Assembly: GCA_963706095.1 (NCBI GenBank)
Contig: OY970149.1
Span: forward strand, 1,152,418 to 1,216,417
Direction: 5' to 3'
Length of the DNA stretch: 64,000 nucleotides
From: an uncultured Chloroflexia bacterium
GTDB lineage: Bacteria; Chloroflexota; Limnocylindria; Limnocylindrales; CSP1-4
Numbering within the stretch: the stretch's first letter is position 1; the number at the start of each line of letters is the position of its first letter. The translations under genes and the position numbers were made by a program. This document shows, piece by piece, positions 30,529-40,371 of the stretch. The notes under the pieces are model-generated. The model did not search any database, was not told the origin of the DNA, and was given only the letters and a program-made list of their open reading frames with translations.

Positions 30529-31313
30529 AGGTCGATGCGCCGCCCCCGCCATCGGCGCCGCGTCTCGAGCGGGTCAGATCGTCCGACCGGCGGTCGCGGT
30601 TGGCGGTGGCCGGTTTGGCCGTGCTGCTGATGGGCGTGCTCGCGGTCGGCCTGCTGGGCAGGCCTGGCGCTTCGCCCACTGCTCCGGTAGTAGCCATCGC
30701 ACCCACTGAATCCGCGATCTCGCTCCCGAGCGAGAGCAGCCCACCTGACCCGCGCCCTTCTGCTTGGCCGGCTGCCAACGGGCCGGCCACGGAGCCGGCC
30801 GCGGCGCCGCCGGCCACGGCCACGACTCCGCCGGCCACGGCCAACCAAGTGCCGCGCGTCCGGTTGGGCGGGGGCGGCGCTCGCGGCGACGCCTATGCCG
30901 TTTTCGTCCCGATCGATGGTCGCATGTACATGTCGATCCTCGACGAGGTCGAGCGCGGACGTTTCCTCGGAACCATCGTCGTGTCATACCCCGTAGATGT
31001 CCGTGCTGCCACGCTGGTCACACTCGCCCAGCTTTGGGCGCACGCGCCGCGACCACGCGGCTACGTCGTGCTCGGGACCTGGCCGCTCGATCTCATGCTC
31101 TTCTCGGACAGTGCGCCACAGAGCGAGTCTCTGTTGAGCGTTGAGGCCTCGGCGCAGCGCAGTGGCCGCCTGCGACCGCGTGCATCGCAGCACGGCTACA
31201 CCTTGTCGGTTGGCGGCAGCAGCCACGCCTCCTACGGGTTGATCACCGTCGACGTCCAGCTCGGCAATGCCCGCCCCGCCACCACCTCCGCCGACTCTGA
31301 AGCTATTCGTTGA
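30525..31313 (+). CDS. Hypothetical membrane-anchored protein, translationally coupled to the preceding gene.
   Basis: GTGA overlap with the upstream gene. TM helix LAVAGLAVLLMGVLAVGLL. Pro/Ala/Thr-rich linker. Confidence 0.45.
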   Translation: MKVDAPPPPSAPRLERVRSSDRRSRLAVAGLAVLLMGVLAVGLLGRPGASPTAPVVAIAPTESAISLPSESSPPDPRPSAWPAANGPATEPAAAPPATATTPPATANQVPRVRLGGGGARGDAYAVFVPIDGRMYMSILDEVERGRFLGTIVVSYPVDVRAATLVTLAQLWAHAPRPRGYVVLGTWPLDLMLFSDSAPQSESLLSVEASAQRSGRLRPRASQHGYTLSVGGSSHASYGLITVDVQLGNARPATTSADSEAIR

Positions 31314-31689
31314 CGGGGATGTGGCCCTCAGGCAGCTCGAGCGAGATGTGGTCACCCTCGATGGAAACCGGATAGACCTGTAGCGGCAGCTCCGCCGGCG
31401 GGTCTAGCGCGTCGCCTGTCTGGAGATCGAAGCGCGACAGGTGCAGCGCGCAGGTCAGGGTGTCGCCGGTCAGGAAGCCCTTGTCGAGCTCGAAGTACTC
31501 GTGTGAGCAGACGCCCTGGGTCGCCCGGATCTTGCCGTCGAGGTTGACCAGCAGGATGTCCGTGGCGTCCACCTGGACCATCAGCATCGTCCCGGCAGGG
31601 ATCTCGTCGAGCCGCGCGACGGGCACCAGCCGCGTCGCCGGCGAGTCGGTCACGCCGCTTGCGTCGTTGGCACGGACTCGTTCGGCCAC
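31303..31689 (-). CDS. Rieske [2Fe-2S] domain protein, last gene of the suf cluster.
   Basis: CSHEY...(17 aa)...CALHLSRF, the Rieske CxH / CxxH ligands. 128 aa. Confidence 0.75.
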   Translation of the reverse strand: MAERVRANDASGVTDSPATRLVPVARLDEIPAGTMLMVQVDATDILLVNLDGKIRATQGVCSHEYFELDKGFLTGDTLTCALHLSRFDLQTGDALDPPAELPLQVYPVSIEGDHISLELPEGHIPVNE

Positions 31690-32998
31690 TTCTCCTCGAG
31701 CAGCTGCCGCAGCCGGTCCTGCGCCTCGCCCAGCGGGATGCGTGCGACGACCGGCTCGAGGAATCCGAGCACGATGAATTTGCGCGCAACATCGCGCGGG
31801 ATGCCGCGGCTCATCAGGTAGAAGATCTCGTTCTCGTCGATCGGGCCGACGCTGCTCGCGTGCGCGGCACGACGGACGTCAGGCTGGTCGATCTCCAGGC
31901 TGGGGATGGTCACGCTGCGTGACTGCTTGTTGAGCAGCATCGCGAACTCACCAAGGAAGCTGTCCGTGCCGGTCGCCGAGCGCTCTATATCGATCATGCC
32001 CTTGAAGTAGCCACGGGCACGATCGAGGAACACGCCCTTGGACAGCAGGTCGCCGGTCGTGTCCTTGCCGATGTGGCGCGTGTAGCTGGTCAGGTCGAAT
32101 AGCTGCCGGCCATCCCCGAAGCCGATCTCGACCTGGCTGACGCTCGAGCCACGGCCGACTAACAGGTTGTCGATCCGGCTCTTGTGCAGCTCCCCGCCGA
32201 CGCTGGCCAGGGCCCAGCTGAGGTGTGCCTCCTGCTCAAGCGTCGCGTGCCGACTGACGAACGCGAGGGTGCGCGGGCCAAAGTCCTGCTGACCGGCAAA
32301 GGAGAGGTTCGCGCCGCGCGCGAGGTTCGACCTCTGCCGTGCCCCACCACAGGCTCTGCTTCTCGTCAGCGGCGGCTTCGTCGGCGCGAGTCGTTACCTG
32401 CTCTTCGAGGATCCTGGCCTGGGCGTTCTCGCCGAGGTTGACGACCGTGCGCGACACGAAGCCGCGACCGGCTTCGCCACACCCCCAGCGGACGACGACG
32501 GGCTGCTCGAGAACGACGTTGCGTGGCACGTGGAGGACAGATTCCGACGCCGAAGTGACTGCGCGCGAACTGCGCGAACTTGTCGTCCGCGGGCAGGCTC
32601 TTGCCACCCACGAGGGCCTCTCGGAGCAGCTCCGGCCTCTCTCTCAGGACGTTGGCAAAGGTGTCAAGTACAACGCCGGCCTGACGCGCCTGGTCGGACA
32701 GGGCGCGGGCAACGACTCGACCTTCGGCGACCTCGATGAGCGCGGCGGCGCCTTCCGGCACGACCTCACCGACATGCGCCGCGTCCCCGCTCTCGAGGTA
32801 GGGCTCGATGTCCTCCCATTTCGCGGCCCTCAGGTCGACGTACAACGTGAAGAGGTTGTTCGTCTCGATGGGCAGCTCGTTGTAGGCAGCCAGAGCGGCG
32901 AGTCGGTCGGCCAGCAGCCAGTCGGGCTCGCCTTGCGACGTGGAGATTCGGCGAACGATCTCTTCGCCCGCGAAGGGCAGGTTCAGTGAGGCCGCCAT
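31650..32998 (-). CDS. sufD: Fe-S cluster assembly protein SufD, at least two single-nt frameshifts (~32280, ~32560).
   Basis: Three frames hold the N-terminus (MAASLNLPF...), the middle (VLHVPRNVVLEQPVVVRW...TVVNLGENAQARILEEQ) and the C-terminus (...GRGSSVSQVEIGF...[23 protein letters not shown]). Confidence 0.7.
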
Positions 32999-34406
32999 CT
33001 AGCCGAGGGCGCCTTCCATCTCCATCTTCACCAGTCGGTTGAACTCGATGGCGTACTCCATCGGAAGCTCCTTGGTGAACACTTCGAGGAAGCCCTGGAC
33101 CACGAGGTTCTGGGCCTCGTTCTCAGAGAGACCGCGGCTCATCAGGTAGAAGATCTGGTCCTGGCTGATCTTGCCGACGGTGGCCTCGTGGGACATCGTC
33201 GTGTCCGTTTCCTGGATATCGATGTACGGGTAGGTGTCGCTGCGGCTGTTGTCGTCGAGCATCAGCGCGTCGCAGCGCACGCTGGCTACGACGTTCGTGG
33301 CTCCAGGCGCAACCTTGAGGTGGCCGCGGTAGGTCGCGCGACCGCCGTCCTTGCTGACCGACTTGCTGACGATGCGGCTCTTCGTGTCAGGGGCGAGATG
33401 GATGGCCTTGGCACCAGTGTCCTGGTGCTGGCCCGCGCCGGCCACGGCCACGCTGATGATGTCCGCAGTCGCGCCTCGACCGCGCAGGTAGATGCTCGGG
33501 TACTTCACGGTCTTGCTGCGAGCCTGTGTTGGCGTCGATCCACTCGACGCGCGAATCCTCGTACGCGTGGGCGCGCTTCGTGACCAGGTTGTAGACGTCG
33601 TTCGACCAGTTCTGGATTGTCGTATAGCGGACGTTCGCGCCGGGCAGCGCGATCACCTCGACGACCGCGGCATGAAGCGAGTCGGTTGCGTAGATCGGCG
33701 CCGTACAGCCCTCGATGTAGTGCACCTTGGCGCCCTCGTCGACGACGATGAGCGTCCGCTCAAACTGGCCCGTGTTCTCGCCGTTGATGCGGAAGTAGGC
33801 CTGCAGTGGCAGTGGCACCTCGACGCCCTTGGGCACGTACACGAATGAGCCGCCCGACCAGACCGCGCTGTTGAGCGCAGCGAACTTGTTGTCCTCCGGC
33901 GGGATGACCGTGCCGAAGTACTTCTTGACGATGTCGGGGTATTCCTTGAGCGCCTGGTCGGTGCCCATGAACACAACGCCGAGCTTGGAAAGCTCTTCCT
34001 TGACCGAGTGGTAAACGACTTCCGAGTCGTACTGGGCGCCGACGCCGGCCAGGAACTTGCGCTCCGCCTCCGGGATGCCGAGGCGCTCGAAGGTCTGCTT
34101 GATCTGGTCGGGGACGTCGTCCCACGACTTCTCCTCGCGCTCCGAGGGCTTGCGGTAGTAGATGATCTTGTCGAAGTTGATCCGGTCGAGGCCGTCCGTC
34201 CAGACGGGCATCGGGCGCTTCAGGAAGTGCTCATAAGCGCGCAGGCGGAACTTGAGCATCCACTCCGGCTCGTCCTTGAGCGCGCTGATTTCCTCGACCG
34301 TCTCGCGCGTGAGGCCGCGCTTGGTCTCGGTCAGGTAGACGATCTCGTCCTTGAAGTCGAAGCGTGAGCGGTCGTTGTCGACCATCTGGCGCTGGTTGAG
34401 GGTCAT
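32999..34406 (-). CDS. sufB: Fe-S cluster assembly protein SufB, frameshift near 33500.
   Basis: N-terminal ORF 33387-34406 with SufB motifs ([36 protein letters not shown]). C-terminal ORF 32999-33508 ([22 protein letters not shown]). Confidence 0.8.
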
Positions 34407-34493
34407 CGAGTCTCCGTTCCGGCAGCTCTCCTGGCTCGCCCGTTAATCCTGACTCAGATTATCGGAATTCCGAGGGCAACCGTCAACGACTCG

Positions 34494-34742
34494 TCAGGCC
34501 AGGCTCATGGACCTCTCCGTGGCGACAACCTGGACGCTCGGCTCGAGCAGGATCAGGTCGGCGAGCAGGGCACGCACGCTCGCCTGACCCAGTGGTTCAA
34601 GCGCCGCCGTCAGGGCAAGCCGGGCACTGCTGCCGACGGCGACGCTCTCGCCCGCGCGGGCAACCCACCGATCGCCAGACCGAATCAGCCGGACGGCGAT
34701 GCCGCCCAGCGTGAACTCGATTGAAGGCCGGTTGCTGTCCAC
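34494..34742 (-). CDS. Small hypothetical protein upstream of sufB.
   Basis: 82-aa ORF. No recognisable motif. Confidence 0.2.
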   Translation of the reverse strand: MDSNRPSIEFTLGGIAVRLIRSGDRWVARAGESVAVGSSARLALTAALEPLGQASVRALLADLILLEPSVQVVATERSMSLA

Positions 34743-34778
34743 ACGCTGATCCTGCGCCGGCGTTGTGCCAGCTGTATG

Positions 34779-35579
34779 TCACAGCCCTGGTTTGACCGCC
34801 CTGATCTGAAGGAACAGCGGCACGCGGAGCCAACGCGTGTCGGCCGGATCGGACACATCGGCCACCTCGAGCAGCCGGTCGACCAGCAACCCCGCGCCGG
34901 ACAGCATGTCGAAGTACTCCGCCAGCGGCCGATGGATGCTGCTGAAGGTCATTTCCAGCCCGCCGCGCCGCCCCGATGATGCCCAACGCGCGCCGTCCAC
35001 GTACGACCCCTCGATCACGAATGGCGCATCCGGCGCGCGCGACTCGAACCGTCCCGCGGAGCTCATCGGGTGGACGATCGCCAAACACAGAGACCCGCCC
35101 GGCCGCAGAATGCGCGCCATCTCTGCCACGGCTGCGCGCGCATCGTCCATGTCCTGCAGCGACATGAACGCCGTCGCGATGGCGAACGACTCATCTTCCA
35201 ACGGCAGCGCGTTGCCACTGGCTACCAGATAGTCGCCCGAAGGGTCGGCTTCGCGCGCGTATCGGATGAGCGTCGGCGAGGAGTCCACCCCGACCACGGA
35301 ATAGCCCCACGATTTGAGATCGCGTGGGAAACGACCCTCACCGCAGCCGACGTCGAGAAGCGGCCCCGGAGGTGGCGGGAGCAGGCGACGGAACACGTCG
35401 CGGTGGAAGACCTCGTAGCTGTCGTGTCCCGGCGTCCGAACCCAGGCCACCCAGTTCTCGGCCTGATCCTCCCAGGCGTCGGCCAGACTGCCGTCGAGCT
35501 CGCGCCGGCTCCAGGCGGGCGCCGAGGCCGCGGACGGCTCAGTCAATGGCGAACATCTCACGACAGGCGTCGAAACCAT
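34779..35579 (-). CDS. Class I SAM-dependent methyltransferase.
   Basis: LLDVGCGEGR motif I, RPGG motif. Confidence 0.75.
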   Translation of the reverse strand: MVSTPVVRCSPLTEPSAASAPAWSRRELDGSLADAWEDQAENWVAWVRTPGHDSYEVFHRDVFRRLLPPPPGPLLDVGCGEGRFPRDLKSWGYSVVGVDSSPTLIRYAREADPSGDYLVASGNALPLEDESFAIATAFMSLQDMDDARAAVAEMARILRPGGSLCLAIVHPMSSAGRFESRAPDAPFVIEGSYVDGARWASSGRRGGLEMTFSSIHRPLAEYFDMLSGAGLLVDRLLEVADVSDPADTRWLRVPLFLQIRAVKPGL

Positions 35580-36183
35580 CGACCCAGATCTCGGGCCGCT
35601 CCTGCGAGTACCAGTTGTCGCGCGTCATCAGGTAGCGCAGCAGATCGCGTGCCTCACCGCGCGGCGCGAGCCGCTCATGGCCGTCCTCGACGTATCCCAA
35701 CGCCTTCGACACGCCGGCCGACGAAGCGTTGTCGATGAACGCCGACGTCGTCGCCCAATCAGCGCCGAGGTAGTCGAAGGCAAACGACAGCGCGGCCGAG
35801 CGCATCTCCTTGCCGATGCCCTGGCCCTGGAACGCCCGCCCCAGCCACGATCCCGTGCCGACCGTGCGCATGACGCTGAACTTCTCGCCGCGCAGGCCCT
35901 GCGTGCCCACGAGAGTGCCCTCCGCCCAGACTCCAAAGTCGAGCGTCCACAGGTCGCGGCCCCAAGTCGCACGGGTGCTCCAGTGGTATTGCAGGAAGTT
36001 GCGCTCGAAGTAGGGCGGCTCGAAGTCGGTCCAGGCGAAGCCGAAGGGCATCTCGTGCGGCTCGTGGATGCCCTGCCGGGCCACCTCGAGCAACTCCAGC
36101 AGCTCGTGCTCGCGTGGCACGCGCAGCTCGAGCCGAGGCGTGCGCACGACGAGGTCCCACAGCGGCCAGGCGCTCCCTTCCAC
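35539..36183 (-). CDS. GNAT family N-acetyltransferase.
   Basis: 214 aa, RGQGIGKEM acetyl-CoA motif. Confidence 0.7.
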   Translation of the reverse strand: MEGSAWPLWDLVVRTPRLELRVPREHELLELLEVARQGIHEPHEMPFGFAWTDFEPPYFERNFLQYHWSTRATWGRDLWTLDFGVWAEGTLVGTQGLRGEKFSVMRTVGTGSWLGRAFQGQGIGKEMRSAALSFAFDYLGADWATTSAFIDNASSAGVSKALGYVEDGHERLAPRGEARDLLRYLMTRDNWYSQERPEIWVDGFDACREMFAID

Positions 36184-36235
36184 GGCACGAGTGTAGTCAG
36201 CGCCGCGCTCGCGGCACGGCCGCTAAAGTCGGAGC

Positions 36236-37540
36236 GTGACCCGGTTCCAGCGCGCTACTTCGGCGCGCATCCTGCAGCCGCTGCGCCATCGCGATTTCGC
36301 GCTGTTGTTGAGCGGCCAGTCGATCTCGCTCATCGGCGACGGCTTCTTCCACGTCGCCCTGGCCTGGCAGGTCTACCTGATCAGCAACATGCCAACGGCC
36401 CTGTCGTTTGTGGGCCTGGCGGGAACGCTGCCACTAATTCTCTTCGTGCTCGTGGGCGGCGCATTCGCCGACCGCTACGACCGCCGCAAGGTGATGATCG
36501 GCGCTGACCTGCTGCGTGGCGCGGCGGTGATCTTCATGGGCGTTCTGTCCGTGCTGGGCACGATCGAGCTGTGGCACATGGCCGTGCTCATGGCACTCGT
36601 CGGCATCGGCGACGCATTCTTCAACCCGGCCTCGACCGCGCTCGTGCCCGATCTGTTGCCGGACCAGGACCTGCCCCAGGCGAACGCCCTCCAGGGGGCG
36701 CTGCGCCGGCTCATGCACAGCCTCGTCGGGCCCGCGATCGCAGGCCTGGTCATCGCCCTATTTGGGCCCGGGCCCGCGTTCGTGATTGACGGCTTCACGT
36801 TCGGCATATCAGCGGTGGCGCTGTTCCTCATCCGCCATCGGCCGGTGCCACACATCGCGACCGGCTCCGGCATCCGGCACACGCTCGGTCAGATGGGCGA
36901 GGGCTTCGCGTACGTTCGCAGCAAGCCGTGGATCTGGGTGACGCTCGTCTCGGCGCTGCTGAGCCTGCTCTTCTTCATCGGCCCGGTGCAGGTGCTGCTG
37001 CCCTACCAGGTCAAGAACCAGCTCCTCGAAGGCCCGGAGGCGCTCGGCCTCATCTTCGCCTTCGGCGGCATCGGCTCCGTGATCATGGCCATCGCCATCG
37101 GCCATTTCGGGATACCGCGCCGCCGCGTGACGGTCATGTACCTGTCGTGGACGGTGGGCATCGCCTTGATGGCCGTGTACGGCGTGATGACCGCGCTGTG
37201 GCAGGCCCTGCTGGTGATGCTCGTGACCCATGCGTTCTTCGAGCTGGGCCAGGTGATCTGGACGACGATGCTTCAACAAGAGGTGCCGCGCCGATTGCTC
37301 GGCCGTGTGGTCAGCCTCGACTGGATGATCTCGCTCGGTCTGGTCCCGATCTCCTACGCGCTGACCGGCCCGGTCTCGAACGTTCTCGGACCGGGACAGA
37401 CGATGGTTGCCGGAGCGCTTATCGGCGCACTGCTGACCATCGTGCTGCTGTTCGTGCCGGGCGTCCGCGATCCCGAGCGCGGGGCGCTGCCGATCCAGCC
37501 ACCGCCAGGGGAAGGCAGCGAAGATCCAGTCAGCCTGTGA
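36236..37540 (+). CDS. MFS transporter (EntS/macrolide-efflux-like).
   Basis: 434 aa, 12 predicted TM segments, MFS motif GAFADRYDRRKVM. Confidence 0.8.
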   Translation: MTRFQRATSARILQPLRHRDFALLLSGQSISLIGDGFFHVALAWQVYLISNMPTALSFVGLAGTLPLILFVLVGGAFADRYDRRKVMIGADLLRGAAVIFMGVLSVLGTIELWHMAVLMALVGIGDAFFNPASTALVPDLLPDQDLPQANALQGALRRLMHSLVGPAIAGLVIALFGPGPAFVIDGFTFGISAVALFLIRHRPVPHIATGSGIRHTLGQMGEGFAYVRSKPWIWVTLVSALLSLLFFIGPVQVLLPYQVKNQLLEGPEALGLIFAFGGIGSVIMAIAIGHFGIPRRRVTVMYLSWTVGIALMAVYGVMTALWQALLVMLVTHAFFELGQVIWTTMLQQEVPRRLLGRVVSLDWMISLGLVPISYALTGPVSNVLGPGQTMVAGALIGALLTIVLLFVPGVRDPERGALPIQPPPGEGSEDPVSL

Positions 37541-37567
37541 CGGGCTGACGGTTTCAGTTGGAGCCGA

Positions 37568-37786
37568 TCAGCCGCCTTGGCCCTGGCCCTCCGACGCGGT
37601 CGGCCCGCCATGCATCGTCCCGCGAACGGTTCCGTCGCGGATGTTGTCCGCGCCAACTGGCTCGCCGTCGCCGCCGACGAGAGCTTCGTCGTCGCGTTGC
37701 TCGGGCGGCGTCCAGCTCTCGTTGACCGGGGCGTTGCCTTCGTCAGTCGTGTTGTGCTCGTCCATGCGATGAGTATCCGCCCACAT
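37568..37786 (-). CDS. Small acidic hypothetical protein 5 nt downstream of the aminotransferase gene.
   Basis: 72-aa ORF. Confidence 0.2.
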   Translation of the reverse strand: MWADTHRMDEHNTTDEGNAPVNESWTPPEQRDDEALVGGDGEPVGADNIRDGTVRGTMHGGPTASEGQGQGG

Positions 37787-37791
37787 CGCAA

Positions 37792-39018
37792 TCAGGCGAG
37801 CGCCGTGAGAACGGCGGCCAGGCGTTCGTAGTCATCTATCGAGTTGTAGACCTGGGCGCTGACACGCAAGAGGCGCCGAACCGGCTGCTGGTCCGCTGGT
37901 GAGTGCGGCCACGGATAGACCGGCACCTCGATCCGGTGATCGTTCCAGAGCGCATCGTGCAGCGGATCGAACGGGTACGTCGCGTCGCCAGCTGCCGTGT
38001 CCGGGCGTTCCGCGGTGGGCTCAAGGCTCGCTGGCAGCTCGACGGCCGCGAGAGAGCCGAGCATCGAGTCGGGCACCAGCGGCGCCTGGCCACCCAGCGC
38101 ATCGAGCAACAGCCTTCGAGCGGCGACGGCAAGGTCCCGATTTCGGGCCTGCAGCTCCGACCAGCCGCCAGGGAGCAGACCACCCATGAACTCGAGCGCC
38201 CTCGGGATGACCAGGTACGGCGATGGATCACCCGTTCCGGCCCAGTCGAACTCGAGCCGGAAGCGAGAGCGATCGTGGCGCGGCGAGTTCGTGCCGTGGG
38301 AGATGACCAGCGGTCGCATGCTCGCCTGGCGGTCGCGCCTGACGTGCAAGATGGCACTTCCCTTGGGCGTGCACAGCCATTTATGGGCGTTGCCCGTGAA
38401 GTAGGCCGCGCCAAGCGCGTCCAGGTCCAGCGGCAGCATGCCCGGTGCGTGGGCGCCGTCGACGAGCGTGTCGACACCGCGCTCGGCGAGCCCGCGGACG
38501 ATGTCCGCGACTGGAAACACGAGGCCGGTGGGGCTCGTGACGAGGCTAACTACAGCCAGTCTTGTTCTCGATGTGACGCCCGCCAGGATCGCCTCGGTGA
38601 CCTGGCCGGGGTCATCAATGGGCAGCGGGATCGAGGCCACGACCTCGCGCGCGCCGGATCGCTCTCCCACGAACCGGATCGCGTTGCGGCAGGCGTTGTA
38701 CTCGTGGTCGGTCGTCAGGATCTCGTCGCCGGGGTTGAATTCGAGCGAGCGCAGGACCGTGTTGACGCCGGTCGTCGCATTGGGCGCGAAGCAGAGATCG
38801 TCAGCGTCCGCGCCGAGCAGCCCGGCCAGCGCGGCGCGCGCGCGATCGAGATGCCCTTCGAGCTCCTGGTCGTTGAAATAGGTGGGCTGGCGCTCCATTC
38901 GCGCGCGCCACTCGGACTGCTCCTGGAGCACCGGCCAGGGGCAGGCGCCATATGCACCGTGGTTGAGGTAGGTGGCCGACGGATCGAGCGGCCAGTAGCG
39001 CAACAGGTCGTGGTTCAT
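37792..39018 (-). CDS. Class V aminotransferase (isopenicillin-N-epimerase / cysteine-desulfurase-like).
   Basis: PLP lysine context FTGNAHKWLCTPKG. 408 aa. Confidence 0.8.
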   Translation of the reverse strand: MNHDLLRYWPLDPSATYLNHGAYGACPWPVLQEQSEWRARMERQPTYFNDQELEGHLDRARAALAGLLGADADDLCFAPNATTGVNTVLRSLEFNPGDEILTTDHEYNACRNAIRFVGERSGAREVVASIPLPIDDPGQVTEAILAGVTSRTRLAVVSLVTSPTGLVFPVADIVRGLAERGVDTLVDGAHAPGMLPLDLDALGAAYFTGNAHKWLCTPKGSAILHVRRDRQASMRPLVISHGTNSPRHDRSRFRLEFDWAGTGDPSPYLVIPRALEFMGGLLPGGWSELQARNRDLAVAARRLLLDALGGQAPLVPDSMLGSLAAVELPASLEPTAERPDTAAGDATYPFDPLHDALWNDHRIEVPVYPWPHSPADQQPVRRLLRVSAQVYNSIDDYERLAAVLTALA

Positions 39019-39067
39019 CGGACAATCAGCGGATGCACGTCACAACGATCGTATCGGCCACCCGCTG

Positions 39068-39805
39068 ATGTGCGGCCGGATGACGATGCGCACGGATCCG
39101 GCAGACGTGGCCGACGCGTTCGACGCCGAGCTGCGTGACGCTGAGGCCGCGGCGCTCGACGAGCTCGGGCCGCGCTTCAACGTCGCACCGACCCAGCCGA
39201 TTCCGGTCGTGGTGCAGCGCGAAGGCGGGCGGCGCGCGATCGAGCTTCACCGCTGGGGGCTCGTGCCGACGTGGGCCAAATCGGTCTCGTCGGCCGGTGC
39301 CCGCTACATCAATGCCCGCTCAGAGACTGTCGCGAAGTCTTCCGCCTTCCGCGCCTCGTTCCTGCGCCGGCGCTGTGTCATCCCGGCCGACGGCTTCTAC
39401 GAGTGGCGGCGCGAGGGCCGTGCCAAGCGGCCGTTTCTGATCCATACCCCGGTGGACGCACCACTCGCGTTTGCCGGACTCTGGTCGCCGTGGCGCGACC
39501 CGGCGAGTGGCGAATGGCTGCTCTCGGCGACGGTCGTCACGACGGCGGCGAACGCGACCGTGAGCGAGCTCCACAACCGCATGCCGGTGATCCTGACAGC
39601 AGAAGCCTGGCCGTTGTGGATCGACACCGAGCTGGACGACGAGGGCCTGCTGCTGGACCTGCTGCGACCCGCTGACGACGATCTGCTCGAGCTCATGCCG
39701 GTTTCGCAACTCGTCAATAACGCCAATAACGAGGGACCTGCGCTGATCGAGCCGCTCGAGCGGGAACCCGCGGCCGACGAGCCCGCGCTGACGCTGTTCG
39801 GTTAG
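39068..39805 (+). CDS. yedK: SOS-response-associated peptidase (SRAP/YedK, abasic-site processing protein).
   Basis: Starts MCGR (catalytic Cys2). SRAP motifs FNVAPTQ, ADGFYEW. Confidence 0.8.
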   Translation: MCGRMTMRTDPADVADAFDAELRDAEAAALDELGPRFNVAPTQPIPVVVQREGGRRAIELHRWGLVPTWAKSVSSAGARYINARSETVAKSSAFRASFLRRRCVIPADGFYEWRREGRAKRPFLIHTPVDAPLAFAGLWSPWRDPASGEWLLSATVVTTAANATVSELHNRMPVILTAEAWPLWIDTELDDEGLLLDLLRPADDDLLELMPVSQLVNNANNEGPALIEPLEREPAADEPALTLFG

Positions 39806-39814
39806 CAGTCCCGG

Positions 39815-40006
39815 TCAGAGGCCGCGGATGAAGATCCCGGCAACCATCACCAGTGTGGCCGCGACATAGGCCGCGATGCCGATCGTCTCGCCGCTGATGC
39901 CGGCGACTGCCGGGATGAGGCTGAGGAATGTGCCCAGGACGCCGACGACCACGAGGATCGCGGCGATGAGAATGGTGATGCCCCGCGGGGCGTGCTGATC
40001 GATCAT
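39815..40006 (-). CDS. Small membrane protein (2 TM), downstream partner of a coupled pair.
   Basis: 63 aa, hydrophobic. Its ATG overlaps the upstream gene's stop by 1 nt (TGATG). Confidence 0.4.
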   Translation of the reverse strand: MIDQHAPRGITILIAAILVVVGVLGTFLSLIPAVAGISGETIGIAAYVAATLVMVAGIFIRGL

Positions 40007-40242
40007 CAGATGTTGGGCAGCAGCGAGCCGACGATGAGCAGGATCGGCGCCGCGGCCAGCGCCGCCCAGGCCGCGATCTGCTCACCCATGAGTGACACGA
40101 TCTGGCGCGTTACGTCGTTCGGCAGCGGCAGCTGACGCACGAGATCGATCGTCTGTCCCTGGAAGAAGACGGCTCCCAGGCCGATGACCATCAGGGCGAC
40201 GGCCAACACCACTGTGACCATGCGCGGCGGATTTGGACGCAT
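40006..40242 (-). CDS. Small membrane protein (2 TM), upstream partner of the coupled pair.
   Basis: 78 aa, hydrophobic. Confidence 0.4.
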   Translation of the reverse strand: MRPNPPRMVTVVLAVALMVIGLGAVFFQGQTIDLVRQLPLPNDVTRQIVSLMGEQIAAWAALAAAPILLIVGSLLPNI

Positions 40243-40371
40243 TCAGTACCCCCGTTGAGCGTGGCGACAAGTCTACGCAATGGCGCGATCAAGGCTTCCC
40301 CGCAGAGAGGCCGTTTGCTAGCCTCGCGCGACACCGGGCTCTTCCGGGATGGATGAGAGGGGACACGATCA

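Noticed and set aside
34494-34742. SufR-like regulator upstream of sufB
   Set aside because: The 82-aa ORF has no HTH or Cys-rich Fe-S sensing motif. It is kept only as a low-confidence hypothetical.
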